NCBI GenBank assembly: GCA_947177795.1
Contig: CAMWVR010000001.1
Coordinates: 6,101 to 70,100 of the forward strand
DNA length: 64,000 nucleotides
Reading direction: 5' to 3'
From: an uncultured Clostridia bacterium
GTDB lineage: Bacteria > Bacillota > Clostridia > Christensenellales > UBA3700
The translations under genes and the position numbers were made by a program. Within the stretch, counting starts at the first letter, position 1. Every line of letters begins with the position of its first letter. The notes beneath the pieces are model-generated. The model saw only the letters and a program-made list of their open reading frames with translations, was not told where the DNA came from and did not search any database. Of this stretch, positions 1 through 9,797 are shown one piece after another.

Positions 1-758
1 GAAATAATTTTTTGCATGACTTGTCCAGTTGATTGTATTTTATCCTTTTTGTCATTCAGATAGTCGAATATTTTAGATAAATCGGAATACTGCGATCTAT
101 CAATTGAAAGATCTTTGTATCTTGGATGATTATCTGGTAAATAAACTGGTTGCAGTGTAATATAATTTATTCCATTTTCTATAGCCCAATCAATTAGATC
201 GTAAGCAAATTTTAAATTGTATTTTGTTAAAACACTATAAATTCCTACATCATAGCTTAAAAAATACTCCTTTCGCAATTGCAACACGTGTTTTATATTT
301 GCTAATGCGTTATCTCCATATAGTCGAGTTCTATTATTGATTTCAATGATATTAGAATCAATTGAAGTAGAAATCATTTTAATCATTCCTTTCTTAAGCA
401 TCACATCTATAGATTGCGGCCAAAAAGAGAAATTTGATAACAAGCACACATTAATGCCATTATTATTAAATTGAGCAATTATATCTTCTAGATCATCTCT
501 TAAAAACGGCTCGCCACCACATATATGTACCACTTCCAAGCCTTTTTTTGCTAAAAAGGCAATTCCATTGCAAATATCTTCAAACGAGGCCTCACGCGCT
601 ATGGAGTTTTGCGCTAAATAGGAGCTCCCATCGAAAGTTCCATAGCAGTAAATACAATTTGAATTGCATCGTGAAGTAATATGCCAAAGTGCACACTTCC
701 TTTTAGGGGAAGGTACTTCTACTTCAGCGAACGAATTTCTAATCAATACATTTGGCAT
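1..758 (-). CDS. radical SAM enzyme; 3' end runs off the window
   Basis: Absent from the ORF track because there is no stop in the window. My translation from the ATG at 756-758 reads MPNVLIRNSFAEVEVPSPKRKCALWHITSRCNSNCIYCYGTFDG...VVHICGGEPFLRDD...ISTSIDS. It contains the CxxxCxxC cluster (CNSNCIYC) and a GGEPFL SAM-binding motif. The start lies 4 nt after the stop of the upstream ORF. Confidence 0.8.
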   Translation of the reverse strand, partial: MPNVLIRNSFAEVEVPSPKRKCALWHITSRCNSNCIYCYGTFDGSSYLAQNSIAREASFEDICNGIAFLAKKGLEVVHICGGEPFLRDDLEDIIAQFNNNGINVCLLSNFSFWPQSIDVMLKKGMIKMISTSIDSNIIEINNRTRLYGDNALANIKHVLQLRKEYFLSYDVGIYSVLTKYNLKFAYDLIDWAIENGINYITLQPVYLPDNHPRYKDLSIDRSQYSDLSKIFDYLNDKKDKIQSTGQVMQKII

Positions 759-762
759 AATT

Positions 763-2952
763 CTATTCCTTACTTTTTTTCATATAGGTAGATCGCAATA
801 TTTCTTCGCATGGATGAATATCAAAATAGGTCCATACATCATTAATATTTCTTTTGAAAGCATAAAACCATTCGGCTAGCAAAGGAGCCTCATCCAAAGG
901 AAGCTTTCTGTCTCCTAGAAAATATATTTCCTTACGCAGGTCATAGTGACGGTTTAATGATTCCTTCACAAGATTAACAATCTCTGCATTAATTAAATCA
1001 ATAATGCTGTAAGTCAAACTAATTGTGTCCTTTCTATAAAAATTAACAGGATACCCATCTGCGATTAAAGTAATACTTTTACCATTGGAATTATAAATAA
1101 AGCTACACTCCGTTCCGAAATTTTTCCTTGTAATTTTAATGGAATTTATTTCGTCAGCAATTTCATTCTCCAAATGATGGTGACTACCATCAAAGAATTC
1201 AATTACACTTTGAAATTCAACACGTTTAGAAGATGCACTTGCTAAATAGATATGGGAAATATTGCTACAAATAAACTGCCTAAGCATTTCAAAAGTAAAA
1301 GAAGAGTTTCCTGTTGCTCCAATGATTATAATATCATCTGCGTCAGTAAAAGGAAATAGGTTGTCATCACATACTATGGTGAAACCATCATTTTTAGCGG
1401 CTTGTATTATCTTTTCAGAGATATCATATACATATACATTGCATTTCATTGCTTTTAGCGATAATGCAAGATTCCTGCCTATACTACCATATCCAATAAC
1501 CACGACTGTATGATAGGATAAAAAACAGTCGGCCATATATAATAAATAATTTAATTCATCAATAACACGGCGAGCGACAAAAAAAGACTCCATTCTCATT
1601 TTAATATTAGAACGTGCTACCGTTAACACGGGGTAATTAAGCGAATTTGTTTCATAGAAATGTAGGCATCTTCTTACCCCAGACGCCGTTTGTTCTATGC
1701 TACCAATTATACGATTTCTATCAATTAATCCTTTTTTAATTTGTTTATCTAATCTAACGTAATGAAACCCTCCGTCCTCTACTATTAAAAGTCTTAAAGA
1801 TCTATCTTCATTTAATTTAGGAACAATTACCTCTTCTATTGCATAATCAATTAATTTATCCATTGTAGCACTAAAATCATCAACTGTTTCAATGTTTTTT
1901 TTATCATCTTTTAGAAAGAATTGACCATTATCTACATTGGCATAAAGTGTTTTATAAATTGGAACGGGTGCTATTTCATAATTACTATACGGAATAGCGA
2001 TATATATTAAAGAAGACGACAGACTAGCAAAAAGCTTGTTTAATTCTAGGATATCTGTTAAATAATGGTTAATATGTAGTATTATAGTTTTTTTCGAGTT
2101 TGCAGTATTAATTTGTAGTGCCACTTTATTTGTTGTAGGCATATTCTCACAACGATAAACTGTATCATTGTCTGGAAGCTTTATCCCTGTAAAAGTATAT
2201 ATTGTTGAAAAGAATTGTTTGATTGGGAGCATCATCCATTCTTCTGCAGACATTGAATCGCTCGATGAGTCTGAATCTATATTAAATAACTTATCTTCTC
2301 CAATAATTTTTGAGTAATTTTTTGTGGAAAGGTCAAGCAATAATCTTTTTATTGAAAAAGCGGCTGATTCAAAACCAAATTTATAGATGGGATGAGAGAA
2401 ATATCTTTTGTATGCAATAGATGGTTGATAAATTTCACTACTAACATCTAGATAATGAAGAAAAATTATATCGGATATTATCACCTTGTTATCCTCATTA
2501 ATAAATATGCCTACTGGATCAATATTGCCGCACAATATGTGTTGGTTGTTGCATAATTGCAAATAGTTGCAACTTGAACTAAGTATTTGTGTTAATAATG
2601 AGATATGTTCTATTTTAGTAAAATCCAAATGGGATAATGGAATACATCGTTTGTATGCATAATAAATCGACTGCGAATTATTATCCCAGCCTAAGTCTTC
2701 CAATTCATCATATAGAGAGGGATTATTCCTCCGTGATTTTTCTATTGCTACATGGAGGAGATCAAAATCATCACGAGTACAGCTCTTTAGTTGTATTAAT
2801 AAAACAACTTTATTTTTTGCAAACGAAAACGCGTAACTTATTATTTTCTTTTCAGTAAAATATATTATTTTATGAATTCTGTACTGCAGGTTAGATATTT
2901 TTTCGTCACTATTTATACTGTCGATCCTATTATAAAGTTCTTCAAAATTCAT
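763..2952 (-). CDS. fusion protein: unknown N-terminal region plus adenosylhomocysteinase-like NAD-binding C-terminal domain
   Basis: 729-aa ORF. The C-terminal ~400 aa carry SAH-hydrolase family signatures in the canonical order: LLIVEDGG (cf. DDGGD), GSIEQTASGVRR (cf. EETTTGVHR), VVVIGYGSIGRNLA (Rossmann GxGxxG), DIIIIGATGN and ADGYPVNF (cf. AEGRLVNL). The N-terminal ~330 aa are unassigned. HILCGNIDPVGIFINEDNKVIISD is only weakly kinase-like. Confidence 0.7.
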   Translation of the reverse strand: MNFEELYNRIDSINSDEKISNLQYRIHKIIYFTEKKIISYAFSFAKNKVVLLIQLKSCTRDDFDLLHVAIEKSRRNNPSLYDELEDLGWDNNSQSIYYAYKRCIPLSHLDFTKIEHISLLTQILSSSCNYLQLCNNQHILCGNIDPVGIFINEDNKVIISDIIFLHYLDVSSEIYQPSIAYKRYFSHPIYKFGFESAAFSIKRLLLDLSTKNYSKIIGEDKLFNIDSDSSSDSMSAEEWMMLPIKQFFSTIYTFTGIKLPDNDTVYRCENMPTTNKVALQINTANSKKTIILHINHYLTDILELNKLFASLSSSLIYIAIPYSNYEIAPVPIYKTLYANVDNGQFFLKDDKKNIETVDDFSATMDKLIDYAIEEVIVPKLNEDRSLRLLIVEDGGFHYVRLDKQIKKGLIDRNRIIGSIEQTASGVRRCLHFYETNSLNYPVLTVARSNIKMRMESFFVARRVIDELNYLLYMADCFLSYHTVVVIGYGSIGRNLALSLKAMKCNVYVYDISEKIIQAAKNDGFTIVCDDNLFPFTDADDIIIIGATGNSSFTFEMLRQFICSNISHIYLASASSKRVEFQSVIEFFDGSHHHLENEIADEINSIKITRKNFGTECSFIYNSNGKSITLIADGYPVNFYRKDTISLTYSIIDLINAEIVNLVKESLNRHYDLRKEIYFLGDRKLPLDEAPLLAEWFYAFKRNINDVWTYFDIHPCEEILRSTYMKKSKE

Positions 2953-2969
2953 CTTTTGTAAATTTCAGT

Positions 2970-3347
2970 CTACTCCTCATCATAATATATGCTATTATCT
3001 GGGGTCCAAGCTGGAGCACAAACAACTATAAACTCTAGATCACAGTCGCCTTCACAAAAAATCTGGTGCTTCTCATTTTGCTGAATCAAGATAGCATCTC
3101 CAGGTGTAAGATGATAGTCCTTATCATCAACTACCATTTTAGCAAATCCCTTCAATATATAATAAGTTTCTTCTGCAATAGGATGAGAATGCTTTTGCGA
3201 TGAACAATTCTTAGGAATGATAACATACCCAAAACTATGGTACAACGCTTTTCCTAATTCTATAGGGGCCCCTATCATCTCAAAAACTTGTTCCCCAGTT
3301 TTACTAACACAGGGCGCTTTGACGAAATCTTTTCTTGTTAGTCTCAT
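2970..3347 (-). CDS. cupin domain protein
   Basis: The ORF 2970..3392 contains the cupin_2 pattern HSHPIAEETYYILKGFAKMVVDDKDYHLTPGDAILIQQNEKHQI. I prefer the internal start MRLTRKDF at 3347 because AAGGAG lies 7 nt upstream. Confidence 0.75.
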   Translation of the reverse strand: MRLTRKDFVKAPCVSKTGEQVFEMIGAPIELGKALYHSFGYVIIPKNCSSQKHSHPIAEETYYILKGFAKMVVDDKDYHLTPGDAILIQQNEKHQIFCEGDCDLEFIVVCAPAWTPDNSIYYDEE

Positions 3348-3445
3348 AAAATTCTCCTTAATTAATAAAATTATATTTATATTATAAAACATTTCAACTC
3401 AAAAGTCAATGTTTTTCTGTAATTGTTAATGGTTTTGTCACTTTG

Positions 3446-4144
3446 TTAGTTCATAAGTTCTTTTTTATATTTGTAATAGCTATTTCTACTACACCCACAT
3501 AGTTTAATAACTTCATCATCAGAAAGACTTCCGCCAAAACTCTTGGAATGAGTTTGTATTATCTTCTTACAGTCTATGGACTTCTTCGTAGTTAGGCTAG
3601 TACCTTTCACCAAACCTATTTGACTTCCCTTTACCTTGCCTTCTCTCATTCCTTCTGATATTCTTTGATGCAAGTCTGTTACTTCCTTTTCTGACTGCTC
3701 GAATGCTACCTTAATTTGTTGTTGAGCGAGTTTCATCAATAGTTTATTTACAAGTTCCATATTACCTACAAAATATTCGTCAATAGCATCGTTACCTGTA
3801 TTGACTTCTATATCCAAAACCTTTGCTACTGACTTCCTATAGACTTCCGTATTTATATGGGGCTCTTTAAGAAAAACTAAATTTATATCTTTGTTGAACA
3901 ATTCTTGATAGTTTGCAAACCCTTCGTCTGCATTTCTACTCATACGGCTCACGCTGTCAAAAACTACAATATCCCCACTCCTAAGCATCTTCTTCAACCT
4001 CTCCCACTCTGGACGAAGTGTAGTTGTACCGGTATAAAATTCGCTTTTAATTATTGCTGATGGGTAGACTGACGTTATGTTTGTTATCTGCCTATCTAAC
4101 TTTTGCTTTCTTGTACTTACTCTAACGTATCCGTATATTGCCAT
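3446..4144 (-). CDS. serine recombinase (resolvase/invertase family)
   Basis: N-terminus MAIYGYVRVSTRKQKLDRQ carries the catalytic Ser motif, followed by DSVSRMSRN. The C-terminal part LSDDEVIKLCGCSRNSYYKYKKEL is HTH-like. Confidence 0.9.
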   Translation of the reverse strand: MAIYGYVRVSTRKQKLDRQITNITSVYPSAIIKSEFYTGTTTLRPEWERLKKMLRSGDIVVFDSVSRMSRNADEGFANYQELFNKDINLVFLKEPHINTEVYRKSVAKVLDIEVNTGNDAIDEYFVGNMELVNKLLMKLAQQQIKVAFEQSEKEVTDLHQRISEGMREGKVKGSQIGLVKGTSLTTKKSIDCKKIIQTHSKSFGGSLSDDEVIKLCGCSRNSYYKYKKELMN

Positions 4145-4158
4145 ACTCTTTCTCTCCG

Positions 4159-4263
4159 CACCAAAAGAAACTATACTTACTTTTGGTACAGACCTGATAC
4201 GGGATTATATCCCTGAAGTCAAGCAATTTTGGTACAAATTATTTTAAGGATTGTTTTGGTACT
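4159..4263. promoter_or_regulatory. res-like recombinase site cluster (four copies of TTTTGGTAC, one inverted)
   Basis: GCACCAAAAG (4159-4168, inverted) and CTTTTGGTACA (4180-4190) form an inverted pair around a 12-bp core. Further direct copies lie at about 4227-4236 and 4254-4263. All sit immediately upstream of the recombinase start. Confidence 0.45.
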
Positions 4264-4271
4264 ATACCCCT

Positions 4272-5327
4272 TTAATTGTTTGTCCTAGAATTTAACAACT
4301 CTGTCAAATAATCTGCTACTTCTTTTGTGATGGTCACCGCTACGTCTTTGTGATGCGTTTGTATCCAAATGTGAAACATATCTCTTTGCCATGTAGCAAA
4401 ATAATGTTTATCGTCTAATATCATTTCAAGTTCCAATCCTCTCGGATTGATAGGAGCATAACGAACATATTTCTTTTTTACCGAAAGAATAGTTAACATA
4501 TTCAAACTATAGACTTGTCTTTGTGGCACACAGCGATTTTGCCCGTCAAGTTTGGTCAAATAATCAGCAATCTTTTGAGTTGCACAATCGCAAAGATACT
4601 TACACTCATAACGTAAATACATATCACCTGCATTCAATAATGGAAAATCTCCACCTTTAACCCAAGCAATAAGTTTGTCAGAGAGTCTATTCTGCTGTTG
4701 CTCTATAGCACCGAAGAAAGTAGATTTCTTCAAAAAAGTCTGTACACTGCAGACGTCTTGTCTTATATCATCCTTTTTCCCTACACTTATGAATTGATAG
4801 CGAAAGTCTGGTAACCTTCTAAAATATATCTTTTTATCTATGAATGTCGCACACAAGAACCCATCATCCATCTGTATTGCCTTCTTGTATTCTACAAGGA
4901 AATCTCGAAAGCACTCATTCAATAATTTTACCTGCTCGGATGTTGGCGCATAAATTTTATTCTTTCGTCTTATTCTTCCACCTAGCAAAGTAAATTCGTC
5001 TTCATAAAAATAGTGCTTGACGGCATAGGTACGGTTATTCCCTGATACCCCTTTAAATATAATTTTCTCATTATCAAATTTAGGTCGGCTTCTATCTGCA
5101 CGAATTCTCTCCAACCAATCCACAACTAACTGATTGCTCAACAAATCGTGAACTTCTGCCCAATCTACAAGCCATGTCAATGGAATATTATCTAGTTCTT
5201 GCTTTGAAAAACTACGAATATCCTCCACCGACACTTGCTCTAACTTCTCAAAGTATTTATCATCTAAACAGTTGTACTGCCATATATATTGTTTGCTTTT
5301 CAATTTAGATTGCTTGTCGTTTTCCAT
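4272..5327 (-). CDS. hypothetical protein
   Basis: 351-aa ORF with ATG start and island-like AT-rich composition. I recognise no motif. Confidence 0.6.
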   Translation of the reverse strand: MENDKQSKLKSKQYIWQYNCLDDKYFEKLEQVSVEDIRSFSKQELDNIPLTWLVDWAEVHDLLSNQLVVDWLERIRADRSRPKFDNEKIIFKGVSGNNRTYAVKHYFYEDEFTLLGGRIRRKNKIYAPTSEQVKLLNECFRDFLVEYKKAIQMDDGFLCATFIDKKIYFRRLPDFRYQFISVGKKDDIRQDVCSVQTFLKKSTFFGAIEQQQNRLSDKLIAWVKGGDFPLLNAGDMYLRYECKYLCDCATQKIADYLTKLDGQNRCVPQRQVYSLNMLTILSVKKKYVRYAPINPRGLELEMILDDKHYFATWQRDMFHIWIQTHHKDVAVTITKEVADYLTELLNSRTNN

Positions 5328-5656
5328 TTCCTAACCTCAAAATTTATTCCATAAAGAGGCATTGAAAAAAGCCCATCGTTCGATGAGCTTTGATATGCTA
5401 AATATGAAAACCCATCATTCAGATTTTAGCACCTTGCCTATTGGTAGGTTGCTGTGTGTTCACAGTGTCTGTCACTCCCACACTCTTCATGGTAGTATAA
5501 TTATATAACTTTTTTACAGAGAAGTCAACTAAATCCAACAATACCCACATAATATATTACTCATTCCAAAACTATCTTCTATAATTGAATTTAAATATGA
5601 CCAAATGTAACTCACTCAAATGATTTACTTTGAAATAACAGCGTGATATAATTATA

Positions 5657-5745
5657 TTGCTACACATCTTAATAACCTTATGTAAAGGGAATAGTTTTGC
5701 AAAAAATGTATTCTCTCGCCTTTGCATAAGGATGATGTGTAGCAA
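5657..5745. repeat. 89-nt imperfect palindrome
   Basis: TTGCTACACATC (5657-5668) pairs with GATGTGTAGCAA (5734-5745). CCTTATGTAAAGG (5676-5688) pairs with CCTTTGCATAAGG (5719-5731), with one mismatch. Confidence 0.6.
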
Positions 5746-5807
5746 CATTGAGAGATATGTTTTCAGCGTATTTCTCATTGAAATACGCTTTTTTATTGGA
5801 GGTATAT

Positions 5808-6002
5808 ATGAAAAAGAATATCGCTACAATATTTTTATGTATCTTATGCATGTTAATTTTTGTTATTTGCTTAGTTGCCTGCACACCAAACAACAGCAAT
5901 CAAAATCCTGACAACAATTCAGAAACGCTCAGTCTAATATCGGTTCAGGCGTTTCACAGTCTAATAGTGGCTCAGATAATTCTCAACCCAATAATGGTTT
6001 AG
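5808..6002 (+). pseudogene. lipoprotein signal-peptide fragment, out of frame with the downstream LRR ORF
   Basis: GGAGG RBS precedes ATG at 5808. MKKNIATIFLCILCMLIFVICLVAC has a lipobox (LVAC). The natural Ser/Asn/Gln-rich linker continues in the frame of ORF 6047..8014, which is open from 5912. This implies a 1-nt frameshift around 5912-5935. Confidence 0.55.
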
Positions 6003-6046
6003 ACGATTCTCAACAGCACACTCATAATTATTCCGCCACATGGAAA

Positions 6047-8014
6047 ATGGACAAAAATAGTCATTGGTTAGAATGTGAAACTTGTAATAATAAAACTCAA
6101 CTCGAAAATCATATTGCAGGAGCAAACGCAACAGAAACTACTCCACAGACCTGTACTGTGTGTGGCTATATTATTGCCACTCCAATAGGTCATACTCATA
6201 ATCCAACTCCTGTTGCTGCTAAATCTGCTACTTGCACTGAAGATGGAAACTTGCTTTATTACGTTTGTTCATGTGGAAAATGGTTTCTTGATAGCAATGC
6301 TACTAATGAAATAATTGACCACACCAGTATAGTTACAAAGGCTACTGGACATACATACTCTACTGACTGGACATATAATTCCACTTACCATTGGCATTCC
6401 TCAACATGTGAACATTCTGCTGAAAGAGGTGACGTTTCCGAGCATACTTTTGTGAATAACATTTGTTCAGTTTGTACTTATACCAAACCTACTACACCAA
6501 TTGCAATTTCAGAAGTCTACTTAAATAAATCTTCAATTAATTTAGATATTAATGAAAGCGAAACACTTGTAGAAACAATTATACCTACAAATGCAACAGA
6601 AACTATAAATTGGATAAGTACTGCCCCATCTATCGCTACAGTGAATAATGGTAAAGTAACAGGCATAAGTAATGGCTCAGCCGTAATTATCGCAATTTCT
6701 CCAAGTGGAATTACTGCAACGTGCGAAGTCACAGTTGCAGAAAATACTAATGGCTTTACATTTGAAGAGTTTGGCGAAGGATATGCAGTTGTTAATTATA
6801 CTGGCAAAGAAACTTCATTAGCGATTCCATCAACATACAATGGCAAGCCTGTCATTTCTATAGGTAGAATATACGGATACCCAATCGGTGAAGGCTTAAT
6901 AAATAGCTCTAATATCAAAAATGTCACTCTTCCAAATACATTAAAATACATAGGCGTCCTTTCTTTTGCAAACTGTACGTCTTTGCAAACCATTAATATT
7001 CCAAACAATGTAGTTGCTATTTATCAAGCTGCATTCTCAGGTTGCACTTCCCTTTCGAGCATAACAATTGGAAGTGGAATAAACACTATTCCTGATAAGT
7101 GTTTCTACAACTGTAAAACTTTAACAGCCGTTAGCCTACCGGATACAATTGAAAGCATTGGACAGCAAGCATTTCAAAATTGTGTTTCTTTAAAAACTTT
7201 AGATTTAGGAAATAAGTTAGAATCTATCGGCGAACAAGCATTCTTTGGTTGTGAAAAACTTGAGAGTATCGATATACCAAGCAGTATTAAGTATTTTGAC
7301 TTCTTCCCTAGATTATTTGAAAAGTGTAATAGTTTGAAAAAATTAACTGTTCCATCGCTTTCGTGCGAACTAACCGCTTTATTTTATGAAAATGCTATAC
7401 CCAGCTCATTAATAGAATTAATTGTTTTGGGTGGAAATACAATCAAGGAAGGTGCATTGTCAGGATGTGGAAGTCTTGAAAAACTAACACTCCCTTTCAT
7501 AGGTGCAAACGCTTCAGAAACTACAGCATCCCCATCAACTCTATTCGGTTACGTATTTGGTAAAACAAGCTATACCGGTTCAGCCACAACTAGACAACGT
7601 TATGTTTTAGGAGATACTTATACAACATACCACATCCCTACTAGCTTGAAGCATGTTTCCATATTGGGAGGGGTAATTTTTTTCGGAGCATTTATTAATT
7701 GTGTTAACCTTGAAAGTATTAGCATTTCTAATAACGTAACAAGCATAGGCGACGATGCATTTGAATTATGTAAGAGTTTGACAAGCGTATCATTTGAAGA
7801 TAACTCACAATTGACGAGTATAGGCAATCTCACATTCTATAACTGTAGCAGTTTGTCAAACATGGTAATACCAAGTAGCGTGACAGGTATAGGCGAATAT
7901 GCATTCTCAGGATGCAGCAGTTTGACTATCTACTGTGAGGCAAGTAGTACGCCAAGTGAATGGAGTAGCAATTGGAATCCCGACAATAGACTTGTTGTAT
8001 GGAATTATAAATAA
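6047..8014 (+). CDS. BspA-type leucine-rich-repeat surface protein with Big_2-like Ig domain
   Basis: Cys/His-rich repeats (HTHN...C..CG) are followed by an Ig-like segment ISEVYLNKSSINLDINESETL...TATCEVTV. Then come many LRR_5-type repeats (IPNNV..I...AFSGCTSLSSITI). The frame is open upstream to 5912. Confidence 0.8.
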   Translation: MDKNSHWLECETCNNKTQLENHIAGANATETTPQTCTVCGYIIATPIGHTHNPTPVAAKSATCTEDGNLLYYVCSCGKWFLDSNATNEIIDHTSIVTKATGHTYSTDWTYNSTYHWHSSTCEHSAERGDVSEHTFVNNICSVCTYTKPTTPIAISEVYLNKSSINLDINESETLVETIIPTNATETINWISTAPSIATVNNGKVTGISNGSAVIIAISPSGITATCEVTVAENTNGFTFEEFGEGYAVVNYTGKETSLAIPSTYNGKPVISIGRIYGYPIGEGLINSSNIKNVTLPNTLKYIGVLSFANCTSLQTINIPNNVVAIYQAAFSGCTSLSSITIGSGINTIPDKCFYNCKTLTAVSLPDTIESIGQQAFQNCVSLKTLDLGNKLESIGEQAFFGCEKLESIDIPSSIKYFDFFPRLFEKCNSLKKLTVPSLSCELTALFYENAIPSSLIELIVLGGNTIKEGALSGCGSLEKLTLPFIGANASETTASPSTLFGYVFGKTSYTGSATTRQRYVLGDTYTTYHIPTSLKHVSILGGVIFFGAFINCVNLESISISNNVTSIGDDAFELCKSLTSVSFEDNSQLTSIGNLTFYNCSSLSNMVIPSSVTGIGEYAFSGCSSLTIYCEASSTPSEWSSNWNPDNRLVVWNYK

Positions 8015-8052
8015 AAATTTAGAGGGGGTAAATTTATAATCACCCTAATGTC

Positions 8053-8087
8053 AAAAAGCACCGCAACTCTTTAGCGGTGCTTTTTTC
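8053..8087. terminator. rho-independent terminator, A-run/T-run flanked (bidirectional)
   Basis: AAAAAGCACCGC-aactcttta-GCGGTGCTTTTTT lies between convergent genes. Confidence 0.75.
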
Positions 8088-8279
8088 TTTTAAATATCTT
8101 TATGTTGATAAGTTGTTGAACTCAAATCTACTGCCAACTATATCGCCCACTAATGTTCCCCACATAATTAAATCTCCTATTAATTCTGTGCGACTATTAT
8201 ATTTACTTTATTATTCAAAAGTCAAGTATCAGTCTATATTTTGCAAAGTTGCCTTGATGATATATAAATTTTTTTCTTA

Positions 8280-9667
8280 TTATTTCCCTTCTACCTTCTT
8301 ATACTCATTAAAACTTTCCTCAATATATCTATCTATAGTTTCTGAATAAGTTTCCTTGTCTTCACCTTCTAAGCCACTACAGTAGAAACAATCGTACAAT
8401 AACCAACATTTACGTCCCGATTCCAACAATCTCTGCAAAACTCGCAAGTACACACAAGATTCAGCCAAGAATATTTCAGTTCCATATATCTTGCCACAGG
8501 TTTTTTCGATGGCAACTTTTAATTTTCGCATTTGTTCGTCAACATCTTGCTTCGTAACGCCACTTTTTTTCATATCACGCCAAGTATGATTAACCATATT
8601 TCTCTCAGTGCTGTCAAAATACGCTCTCATAAACAACTTTTTTATTGCTTCCCGCATTTTGTCTGTAAAAGCCTCGTCTTGGTTACAATTCATATAAATT
8701 TTCCCGTATAAATCTACATTTTCTAAAAACCACTCATCATTATTTAAAGATAATGTCAATCTTGGCACAGACGCTCTTACATCTTTCTCTTTTTCTTTAT
8801 CTAATCCATACTTCTCTAATAAAGCATCTCTATCTGCTTTTTTAGTATTATTTAGTGCGGTTGTAGCCCGTATCCCAATTTTCGTAATACTTTTCCTTGA
8901 GTCAGACCATTTAAATGACGGCTTAAACACAATGCTCATTTCTTCCAAACCAGTATAATATATTTCATTTATAGAATCTGCCAATTTTTGATAATATTCT
9001 AATTGTGGATAGTTTTTATTTAAACACCTCGTAAGAAACTTCTCAAACTCAATTTCGCCCATTCCTTCAGGTTTACGTAATCTTAAATTTGATTTAAACA
9101 ACACTCTTGCTTTATTAAAGTTTGAAAGTTTGTCATCATCGTCAATATCTTTACTATCATAGTCATAGTTCTTAATAACATAAGGCTCGATATTATTGTC
9201 TTTACAATACTTAATAAAATTATCTGCGTTCTCCCTATAGAATTTGTATTCACAACATTTGTTCCTCTCGGAAGAATTGTAATTGTAATCAATATTATAA
9301 CCTAGGCTCAAAAGCCCCATATTAATCATTTTTTTTATAGCTTTGCCTATGGTTGTGTGACACCCCAAATATGATGATTTGTTTTACTTCTTGTAGATAC
9401 ATATATCATTGAACATTTTTTTTGCACATATTGGTGTCTCTTAATAAAAGTAAGTATTTTGCTTAATCCTTCTCTCCACTTTTTTTCTGCACCTTTTGCC
9501 GTAGAGCAAGGGGGGATATTTAAAAGTGGTTGTTTATAATAAGGAGCATCTGCTATATCAGCTAACTCAACTTCATCATCTTCTATGTTCAATTTGATTT
9601 TTATATTGCCTAACCTATTAGCAATTTCTTCATATGAAATCATATATATCTCCGTCTTTTGCAACAT
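8280..9667 (-). pseudogene. HTH / replication-initiator-like protein split into two ORFs by a frameshift
   Basis: ORF 9347..9667 ends ...MIYVSTRSKTNHHIWGVTQP*. ORF 8280..9368 begins with a TTG-derived M at GCHTTIGKAIKKMINMGLLSL. Joined, they give a typical winged-helix recognition segment. The shift lies in CATCATATTTGGGGTGTCAC near 9350-9370. Confidence 0.5.
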
Positions 9668-9797
9668 TAATTAATAATAATATTATAATATCATATAATA
9701 TGAAATTCAACAAAAAAAATAAAGATTATTTATGTCATTAAGGCAACTTTGCAAGACAGACAAAATTATGCTTATTTAATAGTTAATCAAGTGGATT

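Noticed and set aside
5330-5480. Possible tRNA or small RNA in the non-coding stretch upstream of the 351-aa hypothetical gene
   Set aside because: I could fold no cloverleaf. There is only a short hairpin (CATC-gttc-GATG) without a T-run or conserved boxes.
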